Notes under the pieces: model-generated
Told to the model about the DNA's origin: nothing
The model's input: the letters and a program-made list of their open reading frames with translations, nothing else
The model's database searches: none
Position numbers and translations under genes: made by a program
Assembly (NCBI GenBank): GCA_977020255.1
Contig: CDROCS010001419.1
Location: 372,001 to 436,000 of the forward strand
Length of the DNA: 64,000 bases
From: Obrimoposthia wandeli
Lineage: Eukaryota
Direction of reading: 5' to 3'
Shown here: positions 1 through 13,200 of the stretch, piece by piece
Position numbering within the stretch: position 1 is the stretch's first letter
Layout: each line of letters starts with the position of its first letter

Positions 1-1237
1 TTGAATTATATTGAAAAAATTTAACATAAAATTTAACATAAAATTGTGCATTAAAAAACCTTAAAATTTATAGTTTATTATGAATTTTATTTCATCTTTC
101 TGAATATTATTTTTGTAGAAAAATTTGTATACAAATTATATGAAATCAAGTGGCAAGTGTAAGCAGGAACTTATTGTGCACTTTAAAATAGAAATATTCT
201 CAGCTATGTTTGGTTTTGTAATCACCATTATATTGATAAAAACTTATTGAAATTTGAAAATCTTACTTCAATTAGTTTTAGAAGAAAGGCCGATAACGAT
301 AATTGTTGTCTAAAATAAAATAGTTGGGATTTAAAGTATAAATCAAAGAAAGATGATCGTATTTTTAGGTATATAATATAAGTTTTACAATAGTTTGCCA
401 TTGATAGTAAAAATGTGATAATTTGAAGAATTAAAAATACACATCAAGATGTTTCCATTTAGAAAATACTGAGTTTGCTCCAATAGAACCTTCTAGGTTC
501 TATTTAATTGTTTTAAATTTTATTCAGATTATATTGGAGAAATTTTACGTGTATATTTAAATATAAAATTACATGAATTCATCTTCATCTTTATTTGGAA
601 GCTGTTCAGCATATTTGTTTGTCAACATCTGCGTCAATCGTTGCTTCATATAAATGATGGCTCTCCATTAAACACTCTATCATGTCAGTATCGGAATTCT
701 TTGATGAATTTGAAAGTGTGTATTGTTTCATCAATGCCCTTAGCTGATTTTCTGAAATGTAGTTTCAGGAAACATGGACTCTTCAATTTCAGCATCAGTT
801 ATTTGATATAAATAACAAATTTAATTAAATTGTAAAATTATTATTTTTTTTTTTTAAATTTGAAGCCACCCATTACTTGCCACGAACTTGGAACTTGAAT
901 AGCTTTTCCTGCACATATATTGTCAAACAGTATCTGTGATTTGTGTGTAATACATTTTATCAGAGATTCGGGTTGCATTTCATTAATTTAAAATAACTCT
1001 GTAATGAAATAAATGTGAACTAAACTTATTATTTTTTGATATTCGGTAAAGTTAATATGGAAATTTTTTATATATAATTTTTTAAATATTTAATTTTACC
1101 GTCACAAATTTTATATTTGAATTTTTTAAAGTTTTTTATATAAAATTGATTTAAAACTAAAATTCATAACTTATAATTCACATGAGCACTTTATTGTTGA
1201 TTTTTTCTGTTTTAAATTATTTTAATTTTTTGCGTCT

Positions 1238-1291
1238 ATGGATAATTCTGATATTAACTTAGAAATAGAAAACTTGAGCATAAAATTAGGG
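1238..1291 (+). CDS. CRAL-TRIO gene exon 1 (start codon)
   Basis: ATG at 1238, 18 codons, GT donor at 1292; the following 36-nt intron contains in-frame stops. Confidence 0.65.
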
Positions 1292-4200
1292 GTAACAATT
1301 AATTTTTTTAAATTAAGTTAGTTTTAGAATAATTTCAATGATGAAGAATTAGATGTTAGTTTTCAGTAATAATATTATATTTTTACCGAAATTTAGAATA
1401 TTGATGATTTGCTTAAATCTCGGTTCATTAGAGCATATTTTACAGCCGATGTAGCTTTTGAAAAAATATCTAGCTATCTTATTTGGAGAAAAGACTTTGA
1501 AGTGGACAAATTAACAATGAACGATCCTGATATTCAAACAGAGTCAAGTAAAAATTGTGCCACAATTCTGAGTTGTCACGACAAATTCGATAGGTAATAA
1601 ACATTTATAATATTTCTATGTTTATATATAAAATATAAGGTGTTAGAATAATGACAAACTATAGTGTACATTTAGTGACGTAATTTTTTCCCGACGGGAT
1701 TCTACAAAAAATTATTTCACTAAGGAATAAAACTCTGATCGATCTGAAATTTGGCAAGCAAGTTGTGATCGATGTCTGGCCACCATTTCCAAAGTTTCAT
1801 TCCCAAATATTATAAACTTCCGGAGATATTCTCCCGCAAAGCCGGTTTAATCAGCATTTATACATTTCTGCAACTACATTTTATTAAGGGACTTCATAAA
1901 CAGTAGACTACCTAATTATCTGTGTGTTCACGAAGTCTTTCAAAGTGATTTTCATAAAGGTACAAAATGATTTTATCGAATTGGTCATTACCTATATAGA
2001 ATACTTCGTTTATTGTTAATATTTTACTTAAATAACATCTTCAAAATATCTGGTTCTCAGGATGATTCAAGAATCGTTTTATTCACATTTTCGTTACTTA
2101 ACTATTTTAGGATTATTATATCTTCAGCAAATTATAGCTTCATTTTGCATAAATATTGAAAGTTGTTTTAATAAATAGTAAATATAACAACTTTTTTAAC
2201 TCATTTATAAAAAAACAATTTATCAAATATGCATCGGAATTTGTTTAAATCAATTTAGAAAACAGTTACCTAAAATATATATATATCTCGACTATGATGA
2301 ATCAAGATGTCTGCAAATAAAGATGAGTTCAATTTTGTAGAGAAACCATTTTATATCAAGATTCATAATATCAATTGTCTGTTTATTTTTCGATGTGATA
2401 ATGAAAAGTAATTATAAGGTTTTGGTTATGAATTATAAGATTTAACAGACTTTTTTAATATGTTCTTCTGTGAAAAAGAAAATATTTTGTTGAACAAATA
2501 TGGTATTTTTTAAGTGCGATTTTTACGATAATTGGAAATAAAACTTTAATTCATTTAACCTTTAAAAAAATTAATTAAAACAATACTAAACTTATTTAGA
2601 TTTACAAATTTTAAATTGATCTAAATTCTTTTTCTATTTGCAAATATAGCATATAAACTTGATATTGTCCAGGTTGATTTCGTCATAGACTCCACAGCAG
2701 TCCTGGTGAAACCATGCATTGCAGTTGTCACAGGCAATCTGTTAATATACAAGTCTTAATAAAATAAAATGTTTTTAAAATACTAAATTTAAAGAATTTA
2801 ATTCAACATAACCATTTGTTGACTTTAGTACTGGTTCTGGAAGGCTGTCGCATTGCACATATACTGCAAAATCCTCTATCAGGACTGTTCAGTTTTTCTG
2901 AATTGAAGGAAAATTTTAAAAATTGAAAAAAACATTTCAATTATATATATAAATATATGTCAATCTTATACTTACTATAAGCTACAAGTAATACGTCGGC
3001 TATTTGATTTCTAAGTAAAGTCATTGACCTCTCATTTGTCGAAAAAATCAAATGTTCTCCTGTCATCAAACGCCGTAATAATTGAATGTTAAAAAATTTA
3101 TATGAAACATATTTAATTGATTACTTCACAAATTATGATCCCACAACTGACGGAATCTGTCTGAGTCGAGGCTCCAGTTGAGAAACTAACTTTTCAAAAA
3201 ATTCTGATGGCTGTGTTCCAGTTTTCAGTTTTTCTATGAATACCTGTGCTTTTGATTCCGACGTTCTTCTAAATCCTACTTCATCGTTTGAGTGATTTCT
3301 TAAACCTTCGATGTTTATAATTATACTTAAATTTTCTGAGGATTTTATTACGTCAAGTTTTCCAAAAGGAACTTACAGCAATTTGGGAAAGTACAATACG
3401 TGCTGCATTTTACATACCATTGATTTTTAGGATATTTTCTTGAAGTCATTGATGAAACTTCTGATAGTTTAAAGGCTAACTCACAGAGATTTTTTTTTCT
3501 CGCATCATTTTAATGATTGCTTTTTTAAATTTTGTACAAATAGACCATATACATTTTGACTTTTGTACAGGCTTAATTGAATTCCACGTAGTTCGATCAA
3601 TAGCCACGTTTTCTTCATACACTTCAATAGAATTCGTTTTTTTAATTTCACAAAATTTCTCTCTGATACTATTTGTTTGTTCAGAGTCCGGATAATCTTC
3701 TTCAATGTTCCTTATAGTTAAGATATATTAACATTATCAATTTTTGTATCCATTACATTTGAAAGTTCTTTATCTTTTAGTAAATTGGAATTCTTGTTTC
3801 TACTTCAATAACTTTATTTAAATTTTCTGTTTGAAAGAACGTTTTTGTAACTCAAACTTCTAACAAATTTTCCCCACACAGAATTACTGTTCGTTGGTCC
3901 TTTGAAGTTTCCCATTGTTTTATTTACTGCCAAATGAAAATCATTTCCATTGAAGTTTGCACCAGAAAGCTGAAAAGGCAGATTAATGTTACATATATAA
4001 TGGATAAGGTGATAATAATTTGAGTACTTTAAATATATATCAAAAACTATTCCAACAATCTTTAATATGTTACAAAATTTGGAAGAATCTACTTACTCAT
4101 TTCTGCCATGTAAGTTTTAAAGTGGCCATTGTCTTACTATAGTATATAAACGTATATACGTACATTATATCATAGAAAATAAACCATATTTTTCAGTGAT

Positions 4201-7200
4201 GCACCAAAATAGGTATGTGACAACAATCAACATGAAAAGAAATTAGCAAGAAAAGATCTTAAATCAGAAAAATAAATCTGAATCTCATATTCCAATGACA
4301 TTTATCTCGCCCGGTGATAAAATATTTTCCTCTCTTCAAATGCATTGTTGGTAGTAATATACAGAAACGATCAGTGAAATAGAAAAACATTTTTAGACAA
4401 TACATTAAAAATATTCAAATAAAATTTTGAAAAGTCAATTAAAAGCTTATTTAGTTACTATTTAAATAATTTTATTTCGTCAAGAAATCATTACAACATA
4501 TTATGCAATAATAACTAAACCTAAAAGTTAAAAATCAATTTTTTTTCTCGAACATTTATAAAATGTAAACACTTTTAATAACATATACGTTATAACATAA
4601 ATTAAACAGAAAAACGAATGCACAAAATACCTTACCAAATGAAAACATTTCCCATTATAATGCAGTAAAAAACACTTGTGGAAATATAAAAAAATAAACT
4701 AAAGCACAAAAAGGTTATAATTTAAAAAATTAAATTAAGAAATAATTTTACCTTGCTAATTTGCTAACAAACAAAATTATTATCAATGTTTAATAAATTG
4801 TTGTGTACATATTTTTTTTAAAAATGAGTTAAGAAAGTTGTTATATTTACTATTTATTAAAACAACTTTCAATATTTATGCAAAATGAAGCTATAATTTG
4901 CTGAAGATATAATAATCCTAAAATAGTTAAGTAACGAAAATGTGAATAAAACGGTTCTTGAATCATACCGAGAACAAAATATTTTGAAGATGTTATTTAA
5001 GTAAAATATTAACAATAAACGAAGTATTCTATATAGGTAATGGCCAATGCGATAAAATCATTTTGTACCTTTATGAAAATCACTTTGAAAGACTTCGTGA
5101 ACACACAGATAATTGGGTGGTCTTCTGTTTATGAAGTCCCTTAATAAAATGTAGTTGCAGAAATGTATAAATGCTGATCAAACCGGCTTTGCGGGAGAAT
5201 ATCTCCGGAAATAATTGATATTTGTGAATGAAACGTTGGAAATGGTGGCCAGACATCGATCACAACTTGCTTGCCAAATTTCAGATCGATCAGAGTTTTA
5301 TTCCTCAGTGAAATAATTTTTTGTAGAATCCCGGTTGGGAAAGATGACGTACGTTTTGGAACGAGCATACTCAACCGCAAATGAAAATGTAATTCATCGT
5401 GTGTCGTAAGCAGAGGTGTATTGAAACGGTAATTATCCTAAACCATAGATCACTTGACGATGAGTGAGACAAGAATTGTTTTGTACTACGTTATGAAATT
5501 TTGTACAGCTGGGAAATACTGATCCTAAAGGAAACATTTTAATATAGAAAAGATTGTTCGATATACAGGGGATCCAAAAAGAATCCAAACGGCTAAAAAC
5601 CTGTAAATGAAATTGAGAAACTGCAATACAGCGACATAGAGTCCTCTAAAATTTAGTGCAAATATTAATAAGATCAATGTAGAACCCGAGAGGGTAAGGT
5701 CGCTTTATGACAACGTAATCTACAGTGGGAAGCAATAGAAAGTGACCCTTTGTTGTGTTTTTAAATGTATTGCACATTCAATATTTTGCTTTGAGTATAC
5801 TACATTAATGAAATAAACCCTATATTAAAAAAAATTGTATCGATTTGTTAAACATTTTTGTTTGAATAATTTACCTCTAAATCGGTGTAATTTATTAAAT
5901 CACAAATCTGCTTCATATTTATAAAATATTCCCCAAAAAATTGTTAAGAATAATGTTAAAATATTAGCTCTTCAAAAACTTTATCAGAGATATAAATAAA
6001 ACACATTATTAAATTTGGATATAATAATGTTGTTTAAATGCTTCGTTGCTAAGGGTTCCATAAATTTATGCATTTAAAAATAATAATTGATGTTAAGCAA
6101 AGTTGAGATAATTTATAAACTCTCAAAAATACAAAGAATGAAATAAGAATCAAGGAATATGTGTTTAACAACAAAAACATAATATATTTAAAATTTTAAA
6201 AATGTAGATACATTTGGTGCAATTGTAACTTAAACAAACAAATAGATGACTATATAAATGTCTTTTAAAATAATGAATTTGGGGAGTAAATATTTTGCTA
6301 CCCAAATTGTTTTAAAATATATAAGTAAATTTGAAAATATTGTAAAAATCTGTCATCTCTTTCGCGAACTTCCATTGTTAGTTAAAGTAAATAATTATAA
6401 CGAAATCCTTGCACACTTAATAATTCGTATTTTACAATGTGAAAACAAAATTTCAAACTACAATATAATTCTAGACCTTCATTTTAAATATTAAAACTAA
6501 ATTTATATTGACTTTAATTTAATTATTTTTGATATCATGTTTTTATAATCAATTTAATAAATTTATACCAAAAAGATAAATATTTGTAATCAAAAAGTTT
6601 ACAAAAATATTTAAACTCTGATAGTATAAAAGTCAAATATCAAAAAATGTATTATATCAAAACTTATTTGCGAAATTCAGAATAATAATTCTAAACACAC
6701 AGAATAGGGCAGTTTTACTGTTTATTCCTGTTTCATATATACAAAAAGCTCGCCAATCGCATTACGCCTGGATTAGAGTGTTTGGCAGGCATGAGAGTGA
6801 GGCAACCGACAAGAAAAAGAAGGGAGACAAACAATTTTTAAAAATTGGCCAGTGCCCGAGACATAAAAACATGTAACGCTCTAGTGAGCATTGAGCAGAG
6901 TCAAAACACATCGAATTGCCATTTTATTTGGAAGGTCCCAAACGTACACGCCCATGTCTTGTCTGGTTATAGCAAGTTCTCCTGATCCCGACTTGGGAAA
7001 TCTGCCGGGTTCTGCTTTGAAGACACTAATTGAATCTGCAGCAGCTTGATTGTCCCGATTACTTGCATGGCTATAAGTATACCCCAATTCGATGTTCTTG
7101 TTGGTATTCTTTTACTCTTGTTCCCATGAACCAGTGCCATATTGTCACAAAATCGTATCTATATTTCCTGCCATACAAATGAGACAAAGCAGCGCTCGGG

Positions 7201-10200
7201 CTTCTTGCATAATTATGTCATCTTTTGGCATTGAAAATATTACAAAATTATTCAAAAATAAAGTTCTATTTAAAGTACCAAAACTGTGAAGACGCAAAGT
7301 ATAGGAAATATAGAACTAATTTTGGGTTTATTCTCCGCGCACAATATAAATCGATGTTACATCTTGTAAAGCGAATGTTTAGAAGCACTGGGGATATGAC
7401 GTCCTCAACTTTCCCCCAAACTTTAAATGAGAACAACTTCATTGGTCAGAGTCCGAAGTTAATTCAGTGTTTCTTGAATATGAAGCTGCAATTTTTGAAT
7501 GCCACGATGATATATTGGTTACACAATGATCAGTAAAGCTTGCAGATACAATTTAACGGTCAATAACCAGCAACAAAACCATCAATTTGTGTGCACGATT
7601 GTGTTGCATTTGGCGAGACTTGCTTTATCGAACGTCGTTGTTTATTTGTTCACTGGTACTTTTAGTTTCAAATTGATTATGGCTTTCGAATGTGACAAAT
7701 CTGTCTTCAAATGGTTTCTCAACGCATTGTACAATAAGATTAAAATATAAAAGACAAATTAGTATATGATGTTAAAACGATATTTTTAGAGTTTCAAAGC
7801 TTTCTCAGAAGACAGGCATGTAGGAAAATTGTACCGACTAAACAAAGTCAATTATTGTAACAATATGCAATAAGTGTCAACGGAGTGAGTAAATATAATA
7901 ACAATGAATCGAATTGAAGCCGGCACGTTTTATAAAATTATTATCCACTTTGTTAGCTAGCTAAAAACAGAACTAAAATAAGTTATTTTCCTAATTGACA
8001 GTCAATTGTAATCGTAATTTACCAAGTGATATTTTTCTAATTTTAATACTTTAACTTATGAATAATAGTTTTGGGGGTGATCCAAGTATAGCAATAATAT
8101 ATTTAACCTAGCACTAATATCTAATAAAACTATGATTTATTACCCAAAAGGTGCTTCCAGTTTTCAAAGGTAGATCTTTTCTGAATTTTTCAATATTGTT
8201 ACGGTTTCTTATATTTATCTGTAAATTGTTCAAAAGATTCAGAGCATAAATTATAAATATCCCATCACTCTGTTTGTTATTTGAGAATTTCTTAACCAAT
8301 CTGCAATGATCATCGTATCATCCCAAGTAGTAAACGTGAAATTAACTGTTGCTGATATGGGTGTAAAATAAACAACAAACCATCATCCGAGACTGTATCC
8401 CATGCTAAAATGCATCACTGGAAAGTACAAAGGCACGATATGGTAGTTCGAGAAGTATATGCCTTACTTAAACTTTCCCTAAACTACTACGGTAATGGAT
8501 GACAGTGGCAATATTCAGCGAACAAGACCAGATATTACGGTAAAAGGTAGAACCTATATCCACTATGTGGAAATTTAAGTTCCCTTTGACAGTAATATGA
8601 GTCAAAATAATAGTTACAGCAAAGTAATGGACAAATATCAGAATCTAGTCGAGACTACGCGGAAAGAAAATAGGGACAAGATGGTAGAACTCTATGTCAT
8701 TAAAGTGGGGACCCTCGGGTTCTGGAATACCGATAACAACCAACTTTTCCAGGCTTACAAATATTCAGCGGCAGAAAGAAGAATATTAAAATACGTATCG
8801 CATGTAAAGTCATAGAACATACTTGTGTCCAGTGGAATTGCGGTGTCAGAAACTGTGGATACAATACCTGATTGAGTAGATGCCCTGACTGCCGACAAAT
8901 TGGAGAGGATTGAAAAGTGGATGTATGTATTATAAAATTAAATTTCTGAACAATACTTTTTGGAAGAAACTGAAATACCAGAAAATATAATATTTACCTT
9001 TTCAATACTCAAAATACTCAGAAAATGTTATTACAAGCTGAGAAACTACAAAGCAGTGACATACAACAATATCCACTGGAGATTCATTGGTCCTATATGA
9101 AGTAGAAGACACCTTACGTGTATTGCTATAGGGGATTTAACTGCATGTATGTGTTACTATGAATGTAGTTTTCTTATCTTATTTTATGATATATATATAT
9201 ATATATATATACGTGCTCACTGCTCCAGGCTCGGAAAAATCATATAAAATATTGAGCTTTTGTGAGAAAATACATTTGTGATAATAAGCTAGATATCTTA
9301 TTAAATTCTGGTATTGATCTATAGCCAACGAAGCTTTATTAAACGTTCACTTGTATAAGCACGTTTCCTTAATTTGAATATAATTCTTATGGCTTAGTTA
9401 ATTTTTTTGCAATCGGTTTATTTGTTAAATTGGAATTTTAAACAACAAATAATTTTGAATATCATATATTGATGTAATAATCGCATGCGCTGTAGTTATC
9501 TCAGTAATTAGGTATTTTCTTGTTATTAATGATTTTTATCACTTTATTAATATAACAGTTTATTGTAATATTTTCATCAAGGACAAACCAATTTTTTATT
9601 TTACTTTTTAAATTAATAAAACTTCTATCGACATCTATCACCTACTAACATGCTTCGTTTCTACTGACGAAAATATTAAACTGATAAAGGATGGTCGTCT
9701 CACAATTCCCATAATTGAAGCTACATTATATTATAGTTTCGGTCTTGTTCAATCTATTTTACATTATATATTTCTAATAAGCAAGTTGAACACGTGATGG
9801 CTATAAAGGTTATCAAGGAAAGAGATTGACGAAAGAGCAAAAAACTGTGATGATGCAGTATGCCGCCAAATTCTTCTAATTTGTAAAAAAAATAAAATAA
9901 AACAAATTTACAAAAATACTAAGAAGATTAGACGGGGTATTCATTTTTAACCTTATAAAAAGCAAATGTCCAAGATTATAATAAGTCAGCAAAAGCTAAT
10001 GTCATGCTAAGCATGAATAAAATAATGGTTTCTGTTTTGAGACCCTTATGGAATTCTTTTAATTGATTATAAAACCAATGATACATTCATTGTTTATGAA
10101 TACTTTATAAATTTGATTTCACCAACAGTGAGGAGATCTCTGGAAAATTAAATAAGAGCCAAACTTACTGTCACTGTGTTATTTGGCATCACATCAAAGC

Positions 10201-13200
10201 TTCTCAAGGCATTTGCATGTGATGAGTTTATTTAATCACACGGCGTATATATATGTATTATCCCACTTTAAGTCTAATTTTTAATGTAAAGATGGATGTA
10301 GAAGAAATAGATTTTTAAAATATTTTACAGTGAAATAACACTTCATTTTTATTATTAAAAAGTAAATAGAGCATGTAGATCAGCAGAAGTTGTAGTTAAA
10401 ATCCTTTGCAAATACAACAAATTAATAAACGATGTTTCTACTTAATTTCCGTTGAATAATGAAAAATTATTACAGGAAAATTAGACTTAAAGTGGCCTAA
10501 AATATTTTATGTGATTTTAAAATATCAACTTACTTTTTAGCTCCACCAACATTTTGATTACTCCTAGTAACTTGACTCGGAAGATATTATGTAGGATCTT
10601 CTATTTACAGACCCACCGTGTACATCAGTGTAAAGAATCACTTTGTTCAGACTCGAAACATGGACAGCTTGGTGAAGTACATGATCTTTATCATAGTGAG
10701 TTTGGTGTAGCTTTTCATAACATAAAATATTTTATTCGGTATTTAAAATTCTTTGACATTATAGATAAGTTAGTCCATAGTCAAATTAGCGAAATCTATT
10801 TAAAATGATAGTTGCTAAGCAAATCTTGTAACCATATCAACGGTTTCTAAGTAAAATAATTTTTTGTTGTAATAATTCACAAAAAATATCACTAATAAGT
10901 TTAATAATTAATTTTGGTATTTACAAGGAAATAATCGCAAGGCTGATCCTTCAATCTTATTCATATTAATTTTATAGGATGACAACTTTATACATAATAT
11001 TGGATACAAAACCTTGATTAACAGAGAAAGTCAGCATTAAAAAGTAAATAAATGTCTTGTTTTAAGTTAATAATATTTCAAATTATATGCTTACAAATTG
11101 TGAATGATTTGATGTAAAGTTTCCACGATGAGTAACAAAATGCATTTTCTTGATTCACAATTGGACTACTTTCCTCAAAACTGTGGAGCTTATAGTAAAG
11201 AGCAAGGTGAGAGATTTCACCAAGATATAGCTACAATTGAGCAACATTACCAGGGAAACTAGAATCGATCAGTGATGGTTGACTCATGGTAGTGTCATAT
11301 ATAAAGGAAATTCGAAACACATTATATGAAGTCAATTAATTGAAAATAAATCATTGTAACTATAACAATGCATGCACCTTTATTATATTAGTCTCTTTGT
11401 GTGTATTTTATGTATATATATTAGTTTGTATTTCATGAATGTTTATTTTATTTTTTTATTTACGGTTTATAAAAATTGTAATGTGATACAAAAAATAAGT
11501 AACATTTTGAATTCAGCCTAAAAAAATTAACAAATTCACACCTAGTTTCTTTGTGCATCATAACTCATAAGAGAAAATAAGTAATACACATGGTTAATTT
11601 TTTTAATAATTCAACTAGTAAGCTCATTAAAGTTGTTTAAAATGTAATTTAAAATGTTAAATCTAATGAGTTGAAAATAAAATACCCTTTTTTAAAAGTT
11701 ATAATATTTGTTAAATAAATAAAGGTTACAAAATTTAATTTGAACTTCATAATAATTCAAGAGTTTTAATATTATTAACATCAGTTTTAATTATATGAAA
11801 AATTTAGTATAACTTATTTCGTTGCAAAACATACATGCATAATTGTAGAAAATAATTCTTTCAAATCCAATTTCGCTTGAAATTTGGACTATTTAAGAGT
11901 TTTTAAACAAAATTAATTTAATATTTTATTTCAATTTTCTCAGTATTTTCAAACATTTAGTAGTTATGAATGATTAATTGATATATTTTAAACGTTTATC
12001 TTTATTTAAAGTTTATTACCCAGTAGGATTATTCTCTTAAGGTACTAAGGCAATAAATTAACTTATATTATTATTATATTGTATGTTTTTATTTAATTTA
12101 TGACAGCTTTTAATTTAATTCTTAGCATATAATTTAGAACAAAAACCTAAATAATTTAAAAATGAAAATAAAACTGTTTTATTTATGAAATAATATTTTA
12201 CTTAATAGTTTAAGTAGTATGAAACAGTAAATCTATTTTCTATTGACAACATATGGGTTTTAAAGTCAATATTTGTCAATTGTTATAATTTCTTTCAATG
12301 CTAACAGAAGTTTTTTTGAGTTACATAATTACTGTCTTTTTGTAAGATTTTGTACCATTTAGAATACTTTCAATTCAATAAATTATGTGGTCTATTAAAA
12401 ATAATTAATGTTTCATTAATTGTTTATATATTTTGTATTTTATAGTATATTAATTAGTCGATTAGATTGCATATTTATTTTTCTTTAAATTATTAAACTT
12501 TCTAATACTATTCACAAATAGCAAATTAATGAATTTATTATTAAATTTTTATATTTCTACTTTATTATAATTATAATAAAAGTTGGTTCAATAACTGAAA
12601 CCAATTAAAAAAACGCATAAAAATGACAAAAATACGTTGATTGACATGTTCTAAACATACTTCAAAATTCACAGAAAACTTTTAAAATATTTTAAATACC
12701 ACTTTTCATTTCATCACTTACAATTCTTTCAAAAGGTGCACATTATATAGTCTTTTTATTATATCGTCTTTAAACCAATTTCATATTTCCACTTTCTTAT
12801 TGTCATATTAGGCGGCAAAGGGGGTTTGTGCATAAATTCATATGATTCACTAACTATTTATTCATCACTGTCAATTCACAACTCGTACTTTTAACTCACA
12901 ATCACAATCCTTGACAAAACTAAAAAAAGAATGGTAATTAACAAAATTTTAATTTTAAAATTAAATTTATTATACAAACACATGCACTCTAAAGTGTAAC
13001 ATTTGAAACTCAAACCGGGCTAATTGACCAATTCTCCAATTAGCCCGGCCTATCAAGAAAATGACTCAGCAAAAATGCTGAGTCACATTATGAAATGTAC
13101 TATATGTACATTTCATAATGTAAATTTCCAACATAGCCCCCTTCATGATCGAACCCAATCATCAAACAAACATCTCAGGGAGGTACAAAACACATCCTAA

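Noticed and set aside
6750-7750. GC-richer island with several short ORFs
   Set aside because: It is probably a decayed repeat (a faint LINE C-terminal resemblance, AADSISVFK), but no motif is strong enough to assign.
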